From Octopus sinensis (Eukaryota): 64,000 bases of DNA. Position 1 is the stretch's first letter, and every line of letters begins with the position of its first letter. Location of the stretch: NCBI RefSeq assembly GCF_006345805.1, contig NW_021836138.1, positions 62,001-126,000 of the forward strand, in the 5' to 3' direction. Shown piece by piece: positions 40,696 to 51,838 of this stretch. The notes beneath the pieces were generated by a model. The model saw only the letters and a list, made by a program, of their open reading frames with translations, was not told the DNA's origin and ran no database searches. Both the position numbers and the translations under genes were made by a program.

Positions 40696-43600
40696 TAGAT
40701 AAGTAGATGTACATTCATTTATGTACTTCAGATATTTTATCTGATGTGTGTGTGTGCATCAATTCAATCATTAATATGATAGACAATATAGCAATAAGAA
40801 TTATGAAAATAAACTTGAATGTATTGTCTTCTAACCTAAGGTTTCTAGTTCAACTACATATAGATATTTTATATTCATTATTCATTGAATTTTTAAATGA
40901 AATGTTATCTAACTATGTAAATAATTAAATTCATACCTTTTTGCATTATGTGAGACTGTATATTATGAAAGGTTATCTTAAAAGTAAAGAATATTAATAT
41001 ACACAAACATATAGGAAGGGTGGAATGTGTTTGTATGTGTCTTTAATTAAAATTACATGCATTTATCTTTATGCATTACAGTGTAGAATTATGTGTGAAT
41101 GTATAAGTATACATGTGCATGCATGTGTGTTTTTCTAACAACATTAGAACTGGGTTTTCAAGATTTGCTTACTTTGAATTTCACTTTCTCACTTTTCAAG
41201 ACATTACTTCACCTTTAACTGAATACATCATTAATTCTAACATTTGAAATAAATAAATAGGTAAATAAATGTGTATGACAGTTGATTAAGGGGTTAGTTT
41301 TAAGGATGTAACGATAGTTAAAATACCTATAATAGAAAAGAAATATGTAATGAAACTGGGTTTTATAAAAAGTAAACGTTTAACAGAGTACATGTTGGCA
41401 AGGAAATCAAAGAAATGGAATAAAATGTGAGATAAATAATTTTGGAGAAACTTCCATGGGTTGATTATACTATAAGCACACATGCTGATTTTCAAAGATA
41501 TTCACCAATAATTTTGGAATTTCTCACAAGCTCTTCCTTCCTTTTGGAAACTTAATTATTGTGATATCAAGGGCTCCATATATATCTTCTTTGGTATATA
41601 TATTTGAAAATATGTTCTCCAGAATTTACCCATAAATTTGTTGGGTTCATTTGTACTGTTGTATCTATTCTTCTTTATCTTTGACTTCAAATCAAACTTA
41701 ATAACTTGTTTCTGTTCACTATTTGATATGTGCACTGTTGCCCTGAATCACCAAACTATATAATATCTCAACTCTCATTTCACATTTCTCAATTTTATAT
41801 TTTTTCCATTATCTTTTTTGAGATTTACTTGATTTTAATGTGCACTTCTTCACCTTCAAATTTATTCCTTTCATCTTTTCCTCTTTTTATCACTTCTTAT
41901 TAATTTTCTTATTTCCTTCTAGCAGACTTATTAAAGTAACAGACATAATACTTTGTGGTATTTGTTCTAACTCTCTAATTCTTTCATTCTTTCAGCATTA
42001 ATAAAGTATACCACCAGTTAGGCATTGGCATTTATATAATCAATTATTTTCTCCTCCTCCTTGCTAAAACTGTGAGACTCTCTGCCAATGTAATATATCA
42101 TTAATTTAATTTCCAATTTTTTTTTTTTTTTTTTTTACTTGTTTCAGACCTTTCCCTTTGAACTCAGATTATTTGTTTCTGATTTTCACAAATATATTTA
42201 TTTATTAAACAAACCTCTTTTACTATAATCATCTGCATACCCTGCCCCTATTCCATTACCACTTCATACATTTAATACCCCATTGATACGTTTTATACTT
42301 TTCAACATCCGTCTTCCTATGCTTCCATTGCTCTTTCTCGGTAGCCCTTAATTTAAAATAACTTCACCCACCTAATACCTACTTGACTATAACTTGACTC
42401 CACTCTGTTTAAAGTTTTCCTGTCTTTAACTAATCAACTATTTCTCCTCTCCCTCTAATCTATTGCTAAACATTCCCTTTCTCCCTCTTTCTACCAGAAT
42501 TTTATATATATTTTGTATATATTTCTTAATAGATTCAATATTGCGATATCTGTTACATTTAAACACCATCGTCCTTCTATTTTGTCTAATTCCTTTCTTT
42601 CTATTTTTTACTTTATTACCACTAATCCTCTTCCACTGTTTCTACAATCTCACTTTTTTCCCATGGTTTCTTTCTTTTTTTATTCTCCTCTTTCTTTCTT
42701 TCGTCCTACACGTCTAATTCTTTATATTTATTTTTTCAGTATCTATTCTTTCATCTCACTTCTTTTTCTTCATTTCTTTCTTATCTCTATCTCTCACACT
42801 TTTCAGTCTTCTACTGATCTCCACGTTACTAACTTTCTTCTTTTTACTTTTCCCTCTGCAGCACGTGTACACATCGATTCGTACACCGGGCGTTTTCGGT
42901 TTCAATCAGAGAAATCATTTTAATCAACGACCGGAATTTCAACAGAACACTTTCAACAGAAATAATGTGGCCAATAAAATTATATGCAAACATGTTCTGG
43001 ATTTTTGATAATGCAGTGACTACAGATCTAGACAATCAGATTTGTTCCGAAGCACATAAAAAGAGAGTAGTTCTGAAGAACTTGAGAGATTGACAGGTAG
43101 ACGGACTTAATATCAGACGTTTAGCAACGTGAGCAATAAAGTGTAACGGCAGAAAAAGTCTTGCACTTGGCAGAGTGTTCACATTTTTGACTGTCAAAAT
43201 GCTGCATTGTAAAAAGAACCATCTACATTAAAGTAGCACGACCGCTGCTTTCATGCACATATTCTTGCTTCTCTCTTTACGTATATTCTACAACTATGAG
43301 CATTCAAAAAGGAGAAATTACATACACAGAAGATAGAACTGAAAGTCGTCATGCGTCACAATAGGTGCTATCCCCTCTTAGTTGATGTTGACAATTTAAC
43401 ACAAATGAAATTACGCTGGTAACCTTTTTCCATTGCAATGTAAACAGGAGGTTGGATAAATGAAAAGAGGAACGGTACATTTTCATTTCATTATCCGTTT
43501 TATTGTTAATGGTTTGAAGGAAACGCGATAGTTCCGAGAAAAAGAAACTAACAGAAAATGTGTAGTAATTTTGTTGGGCAGCTATGAAGAACTTGAGAGA

Positions 43601-45186
43601 TTGACAGGTAGACGGACTTAATATCAGAAGCTTAACGATGTGAGATAAAAGCATGGGGAATAGAAATGGGCAAGAAAGTGGGTGTCAGCGGTCATAGTGT
43701 AGCTTTTGTTGCTTAAGTTGCAAATTCTTCATATTTGGCAAGTCTCACCAAATATATGAGGGCGAGTGTGTCTGTGTGTATTTGTGTATTCATGGCTATG
43801 TTGAGGCTACCTTACTTGAGCTGTCGAGCTGAATTTAATTGCTAATCAATCCGAATTATAACCATAATAAGAAAAATTCTTATCATCAATTTCTATTTTA
43901 TTCCACTCAAGAGTGAAATAAAGTAGAACAGAATTTCATTGACCAAAATTTAAATTGGATATTTGCAAAGGCGACTACATCTGATTTTTGGCAGCTCAAG
44001 TGACATGACATTTTTATATATGTTTTAGTTTTATTTTCTTTCCTTAGTGAAGAGCAGTCTACTGTCAGCCGTAAAGACATCCGAACGGTTAAGAGATAAC
44101 CTCTTTTTTTGTGTGTGTGTGTGTGAAATAAATTCAAACTTGAATAATTTAATGCTTGAGTGGTGCTTTATTTTTACAGTCCTGGAAAGATGAATTGCAA
44201 GGTTGAACTTGGTGAGACTTGAACTCAGTATGCAAAGCATTTAACTGACACTCTAATAATTTCATTGATCCATCACTTCACCAATACGAATTTATGTTTT
44301 CGATAGCTAAATACGACCAGCCCAATTCGAATAACGGATAGAATTCAAGAGGACTATTTATGTCATCTAGATAGTTTTTCTGATTCAAATTTTGTCCATA
44401 TTTTATGCCTCAAGAAACAGTTAGTCTTATTAATATCATGGAAATAGTAAGATTCTATTGTGGTATTGTAAGTTTCTTGGCGAACGATTTGTTGTCTACT
44501 TTTAGACAGACGAATTTACATAAGCTTGAGAATATATCTAATTTTTTTTTATATACATTTTAGGCTGAGGCATTTGTGTGGACAGAGCATTCACACTTCG
44601 TAACACGAACTTAGTCTTCTGGCATTCGAAAAACTCATTCTGTCGAACTACCATCCTGACAAGAACTATAATTACGAATATTTATCTACATTAACCCTCA
44701 TACCAGCCTATCAATATTATCCGACACGTTCACCAAGAAGCAACTTACGCATTAGTTTTCTAACGATACATTTACAGAATAACCTCAAGGGTTTTTTTTT
44801 TCCAGAATGGTAGCGTGTATTTTCCCCATACTTTCAACTTATCATCATTTATTGTTATTAGGTAATTTTCGTCTTCCACTTCGTCTAAAAGTTTTGAACG
44901 ACTGGATTTGAGAGCTAAGAAACAGTTCTAAACTTTTTTATTATAGATTTTAAGTTTAAAGTTTCCCAATTTCTACCTTAAAACAGTATAACGGTGAGCA
45001 TTAATTGCTAACTGTCGTCAAGTCATATATGCTTTGGTTGAAGAGCTTTGATCTTGCAATATCAAAAGAAGTTAAACAACTAATGGAGAAAACATCCTTA
45101 GTATGGAAACCAAACGAGAACAGTATATTCTAGTGCATTTAATTAAGTGTATAATTCCAGATTTCAAAAACCTCAGCAGATACTTC

Positions 45187-45395
45187 CATGCTTCCTGAGA
45201 TTCAGCAAATACTTTCATGTTTCCTGAGATTCGCCAACACTACACCTGATTTTCTCCACACACACGCAAGCATGTATCTGACTCTTACACTGTTCACTTC
45301 CCAGGCATTTGTACATTACTGCATATACTTTATACGCACTTTTGACAAGTTGTGGTGCACCTGAGCACTGTATACAATAATTTCATTATTATAAT
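45187..45395 (+). mobile_element. CR1/L2-type LINE extreme 3' end (long 3'UTR variant)
   Basis: Matches reverse complement of 12312-12503. Confidence 0.85.
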
Positions 45396-46374
45396 ATTTT
45401 TTTAATACGGCAGACATAGAAGGAAGTCAGTAGATACAATCAAAAGGGGACACAAACAAATAAAAATAAACAAGTAATGTGCTGGCGATAAGAGACGGAG
45501 ACAGACAGAGAGAGATTTTAGTTTAGTTGCGAAAACAGCGCTCGATTAGTATGAGAAAGAACACTATCAGAAGACCCGCCAAGATGTGAAAACGACATTC
45601 AACACAATAGCGACTAAAAGACTTATAAAAATGAAGAATACATTCGGAGTACCAACTTTCACAACAGCTTATTTCGTAATAGATCTACTATAATCATTTT
45701 ATGTAAGACATGTAGAAAAAGTTACACCTCAAAGATGAAGGCTAGAAAGGCATAGAAACAGAAATATCATTAGAGTTCCTGTAACGAATGATGGAAAGAA
45801 GTTCGATTTTTGCAAACCAGACACAAAACACCCATTCGGTCACCGAACGCCGATCAGGTTCATAAGGTCTGGCCATTCCTATCCAATCAAAAACTTAGAT
45901 TTTTCATTCAAGCAAGAACACAAAGAAATATCATCAGCAAAAATAGAGAGTGTAGAAATTATATCATTCAGAAGATTATAAATAAAAGCTAAAAACAAGT
46001 TGGACGATGAACAGGACCTCGAGGAACAGCAGATGAAGTAGAATAAGTAGAATAATGAAGACCACTTAAAACAGTTTTAATACAACGTTCGTCCAGAAGA
46101 GATTCTAGAATCCTATAGATCCTGCCGGAAATTATTATAAATCTCAAGCTTGTGAGTTTGTGGAGAGGCCAGAATATCAAACTTTGTCAAATGATTTCGA
46201 TATGACATGGGTTACAATACTTGTTTCATCGAAATTACCCATAGCCCGGTAGAACCACATTTATCGTTCACAGAAAATAAGCAGTAGAGTGAGAAGCTAA
46301 CGGACTGCTATAATAAATCTCTGAACGAGGTATAAACAGTAGCTGCACGAAAATGTGAAGTATATTTGCCACTT

Positions 46375-46900
46375 AAATGTGGCTAACCACTAAGGGTGGA
46401 TGCTACTGTAGCTTGTAGCCCTAGGAGAACATCTTCTCCAGCTGGCTATTGACACACTTTCTGTGCCCTGTCAATATTTGCAAAGGAAAGCCATCCTTCC
46501 CATCGTCGACCTGACGTGATACACACGGACCCGGGTTTCTGAGTATTTACCCGTCGTCAGCGCACGACAATCACCGGTTTTCGATGCAAAGGGGTCCCAA
46601 TGCAAATACATGTATCCTTTTTCCAGTGACAAAAAGTCACTGATCTCGAAAAAGTGTAACGGACTGCTGTTTGTCAGAAAACAGACCAAGCAATTCAAGG
46701 TGCAAGATGAAAAATTGGTTGACGAATGGCTCAAAAATATTGCTAACTATAAGAAGGTAGATCGGGTAGTAGTTACGTGGATGAGAACGTTTGCTAGAAC
46801 TTTGGAAAATAGGGATTACAGAGAACAATTAATAGCTGGTTAGAAGTATGTCACTGCTAAGTATCCGTTGAAGTGGTTAGACAAATTAGAAAACGGTTCA
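46375..46900 (+). mobile_element. structured repeat followed by decayed coding-like sequence; possible LINE 5'UTR/ORF1 remnant
   Basis: GGATGCTACTGTAG...TAGCCCTAGGAGAACATCTTCTCCAGCTGGCTA..GACACA homologous to the 19.9-kb copy; ORF 46610-46843 follows. The ORF1 assignment is inference only. Confidence 0.35.
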
Positions 46901-48214
46901 GAAGAGCATTGTTGCAAAGCAGTGGCAGTGATTTTATTAGGACTACAAGACGTATCAGTATCAGAACTCACTATTAATTTAAGCAGATTTAGAAATTATA
47001 TACTAGTCAAATAATTATGTCATAACTGCTAGTCATAGCAAGAAGGAAAGTATGGAAAAACATCAAATGAATCGAGACTAGAATGTCTGAGCAGTCTATT
47101 CCGATTTATAAGATAGTACGTCATAATGTCTGAAGATCGAAGGAATGGTAGATTTAGTCTTATTCAAATGCACAAATAGAAAATTTCCAAAAGTCCTGTG
47201 AGCCTGAATTCTGAGAAGTAATATAAGATTATATCTATTCTGTATATTAAGATATAACATTTGTAAGAAATTCCATTCTACTTTTCCTAGCCAATGAGAA
47301 ACAGGCGTTTATTTTCTAAAGAAGTGTTGACGATAACGTTAGAAAAATGGCTTCTTTAAACACTCGCAGAGGCAAAGTAAGAGAAAAATAGGGAAAGGTA
47401 TATTACTTAACTAAATATCTGAAATAAAGAATGAAAGTTCAAAACGTAGCATGAATACATGATACTACCCCAGTTGTATGTACAGGAATGAGCAGAAAGA
47501 GAGATATTATCCCACAGAACATTACAAAAGAAATCCCAATCGCCTTGTTGAAAGTAATGAGTTACGATGAGATAGAAGGTCACTGCTTAGGGAAAAGTTG
47601 CAAGATATAGCCAGATAAAATGAAACGAGGTTATAGTTGAGAGGTGAAACACGCGAAGAGACAGAGCAAATGCTAGGATCAAACTGGCAGAAATAATCAG
47701 GGAGGTAAGGAATATGGTTGTTATGATCTGGATAACGAGTAGGGATGTTGACTGAAAGAAAGAGAGAGAGAGAGATGGATACCAGCAGAATCAATGATTA
47801 TAAAAATGAGGTAGTTAACATCACAAAAATCAGTAAAGTTTGTTGAAAGACAAAAGCAAGCACCATCAATTTTGTAGGAAACAACATTACCAAAAATGCA
47901 GCCCTGAGGGAATTGAGCGTAATAAAGGAAGAAAAGATCAATGATAGAATATAGTAGGGCCAAATTGAAACACAAGAAGAAATAGTCAAAAGACTCAAAT
48001 CTAGATTCATGAGCAAATTCAAGATCAAAAGATTATTGCGAACGTAGACACAAAGATTATTCATTAGGAAAACAGAAATCTAATAAAAAGCTATAAAACG
48101 TTTGTGTAGGGACCTCCTCAGAGAACTGAGAAAAAGTCTCTCGAAACACTGGTCCTTATTTCACATGTTTCTCTACGTACGTATGCGATTATACCTATGT
48201 GTATATGTATACAT

Positions 48215-48241
48215 GCATGCATACATACATACATACATACA

Positions 48242-48323
<82 letters not shown>

Positions 48324-48363
48324 CCCTCTCTACTTCTCTTTCTCTCTCTCTGTGGATATGTGT

Positions 48364-48420
<57 letters not shown>

Positions 48421-48445
48421 ATTATGTATATGTGTATGTATGTAT
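48215..48445. repeat. (CATA)n,(TA)n,(CA)n microsatellites
   Basis: Directly visible. Confidence 0.95.
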
Positions 48446-48878
48446 ACATGTGTGTGCGTACGCGCAACAGTACAAATTAGCTAAGACATTAACATCACAA
48501 CAACGAAGTCTTTTGTTCGATCATACAGTGTGGCATCTTGGGCAAATGTAATTTTTTATAGCCTCGGGTCGACCCACAACTGAGTGAAAATAGGCAAAAG
48601 CCTGTCGAGTGGCATGTACCTGTAATTCGAAAGGTAAGGCTTTATCATAGACTGTGTTGTACTTATTCTGCTTGAAAATTACGTTAAAGGTACATGTTTC
48701 TCTACTTTTAACTGCATCCAGTTTCATTAACATTATTTCAGGAAGAGATTATTGAGTTGATAGAACGACTGAATTCTCAAATTCTCATCAACGAACGATG
48801 GAGTTCCATATTAAATGCGTATATATATATATATAGATACAGACATACATTTGTGTGTGTGTATAAATATATGTACAT

Positions 48879-51020
48879 TAGGGATACAACTTTTTTGCAA
48901 CTCCATAGTCCTGTATCATATTCTGATGAGCTTTTGATTGAAAACAATGAAAATCAATGTTTTTTTTTGTATTTGATCAAAAAGCTCACCCGTGACTAAC
49001 TTTTAAATTTTTATACTCGGTTGCATTTGGGCGGATTTCCAAAAACTCTGGTTGAATAATAAACAAAAAATGGGGGAAAAGATCCAAAATGTTTAATTCA
49101 AACAGTAAAAAGAAGGCAAGTCATATAAAGTCAAATTAGTCAAGTTGCGGCAGGTCATTAGAGAGAATGAAACGCAATGGCAGGTTGGCTTTGTTCTTGC
49201 ATATGGCGTGTAGTTCTTGCTTGATCCTAATTGCTCATTCGCAGCATTGATTGCTCCTGCTGATGTTTAGTTTTGATGACACCTGTTTTCAGTGATTTGT
49301 CAAGCATTTCGAACCAGTCTTGTAGAGTAGTAAGGTTTACGATAGCTTTGCTCTACGATATCTTCAGCTCTATACATTTGGTTACGGAACCAGTGGTCCG
49401 CCCAGTCATATGAGTTGTACTGGCAGACCATCTACAGTCTTTCTCTCACATGTGGCGTGAGGAAAAATGCAAGAAAGGTTAAGATTTTTCATGAAATTCA
49501 TCTGGCATTAATAATGTTCGGAATTTTCTGAAACTTGATGAAAGGTAGGTCTCCGTCTTCATGGAATAACCTGAAGGTACGAGTTAAGTGGAACAGAAAC
49601 TTCATATCATCTCTCCAGCCAGCTTGATCTTCAAAGACATGAGTTCCATTCTGGAAGGAGTCTTAGAGTTCTTTATAACTTGACATGAGTTCTTTGACAA
49701 AAAAATATTCAATGTTTGAGGAATTTCTTGCGCCTGCTAGCTCCTAATCCATAACAACGTGCAGGATTCTGTCTATGGCATGGTCTTAGCAGCTCACAAA
49801 TTGCGGCTTGTCATAGCCTTTGCTCAAAAGGCATTCCCTGAAGTCTAACCACTACCCCACTCTTTCGTCCCGTATTCACACTCGTCGTATTAGCAATAAT
49901 CATTGAAATTGCGCCCAACAAGAGAAATTCGTCCAAGATGTTTTTCAGCAATGGTCTCTTCTGCAATGGTCTCAGCCTTGCCATCACACACCTTCACAGC
50001 ATCCAGCTTGATTTCACTTGTTTCATTCTTGATGACAACCACTTCTTGATATTCATTTCCGTCAATATGTTAACCATCGAAATGTAGGCTGTGTTTCTGA
50101 TTGCGTAGCGTATCAATCAAATGTTTCTTCATTCCACCAGCTTTTTTGAAGAGTGCTTTGTAAATGCCTCGCTGACTAGGAGCTGGGATATCAATGCCCT
50201 CTTCCGACAACTGCTTTTAGATTTTCGCAACTTAGTTGGTAGAGACGTTTGTTCTAGTTACAAGTCTCGTACCAATTGCAGATTTTATTTTTTTGTGTCT
50301 TCTTGTGGAAGAATAAGTGCCATCACTATCACTATCATTTTGATCAACTCTATCATCTTCACCATAATTGTACTCCTCCTCCTCCTCCTCTTCTTCTTCT
50401 TCTTCTTCTTCTCAGTCACTGTCAGTATCAAGGGCTGTTGGGTCTGATAAAGGCTTTAGCATCAGAAGGATGGACAGTCTGCTTGCTTGCAGCTTTTCCC
50501 CTCGAATAGTCCCCTTTGCCCTTACTTTGAAATTGGATGGAGTACAGCTTTTTGTCATCAGCATTGAGTCATTCATCATGGACATTGGTGATATCGAACA
50601 ATTCTTCTAATGGCACAAAGTTTCCTTTCTTGGCACTTTGTCATACAAATAAAGCTGATTTTGGGCTTGGACCATATTGTTTGCTCAGAAATGATTGGAA
50701 AATTCAGCTTTTCTCTCCACTGAAGTGTCACTTCACTTGATAATGCTACCGCTCTCTCCTTTCTTCCTTTAATTGATTTCCCAAGAAACTGGTACCAACC
50801 AACAATCTGCTCCTTGAGTGGCATTCGGTTTCTGCTTTTTCTACAGGCACATGAATGGGACTGCAACTGCAGCAAATTTCTCCTCCATTTCTCCTTTTCC
50901 TTCTGAAGACGAGTCTCATCCTGGAAGATCTGTAGAGCTCAACTAGGACGTCCTGCAAACTCTGGTGGAACAATATATCATCTGAACTTTTGAGGAACAA
51001 GCAGAGAAGCTTGGATTTAG
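48879..51020 (-). mobile_element. hAT-group (hATm-like) DNA transposon, decayed; other end not found
   Basis: Contains the transposase pseudogene below; candidate terminus TAGGGATACAAC at 48879; bounded at about 51021 by a mariner fragment. Confidence 0.6.
49136..50830 (-). pseudogene. DDE transposase pseudogene of the hAT/P/Mutator CxxH group
   Basis: Manual minus-strand translation: ..KLNFPIISEQTI..ELFDIT..SLHFDG*..IIANTTSVNTGRKSGVVVRL..FVSC*DHAIDRIL..GWRDDMKFLF..SNQCCE*AI..LRFILSN; multiple stops and frameshifts. Confidence 0.75.
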
Positions 51021-51838
51021 TCATTCAATCATTCATCAACCCCTGTATGCCATCGGAAAAGTCAGAAAATTGGGTCAATGGGTTCCACACAAACTTTCGC
51101 AGCTTATTGCACACAGGAAGTGAATGTGTGCTCTTCTTTTGCTGTCACGTCTCACGAATGAACCTTTTTTGGACCGAATGGTGACTGGTAACAAGAAATG
51201 GGTTCCGTATAAAAATGTCAACCGCTGAAGACAGTAGGTAGGGAAGGGTGAAACACTGGTTACTCGGGCTAAAGATGGTCTTCACCCACGTGAGGTGTTG
51301 TTATCTCTTTGCTGGGATATGAAAGGTTTAATCCACTTTAAATTTTTAAACCCAAACCAAACGATAGCAAAGGAGATCTACTGCAAGCAACTTGAGTGGC
51401 TTAAGTCAATGCTAGAAGAAAAACGACCATCTTTGATTTCAAAAGGAATGGTGTTCTTCCATCAGGATAATGCTCGGCCACATACAGCTAGGATAACATT
51501 CCAAAGGCTGGAGCAGTTGGAATGGGAAACAATAGCCCATCCACCATATTCGCCAGACATTGTCCCATCTGATAATCCTTTATTCCGCAGTCTTCAAAAT
51601 CATTTGGACGGAAAACATATGAATTCTGTAGAAGAGGTCAGAATAGTACTGGAGGAGTATTTTTCGTCACGGACAAAGGATGTTTTGAAGAGAAGCCTTG
51701 CAAATCTGCCAGATAGATGTACGAGCATTGTAGAAAATGAAGGAGAGTATATTTTTGATTAAAGAAGGACTTTGTTTATCTTAATTTTGAAAAATAAAAG
51801 AAGTATTAAAAAAATGCATTATTTATAGGATGACCCCA
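51021..51838 (+). pseudogene. mariner (DD34D) transposase remnant, 5'-truncated
   Basis: KLGQWVPHKL, FLDRMVTG..KW, ORF 51295-51762 with HQDNARPH and HPPYSPDIVPSD; TIR-like end ATGCATTATTTATAGGATGACCCC. Confidence 0.9.

Noticed and set aside
43087-43096. GATTGACAG match to 18S rRNA (snoRNA guide idea)
   Set aside because: Only 9 nt and no correctly placed C/D boxes.
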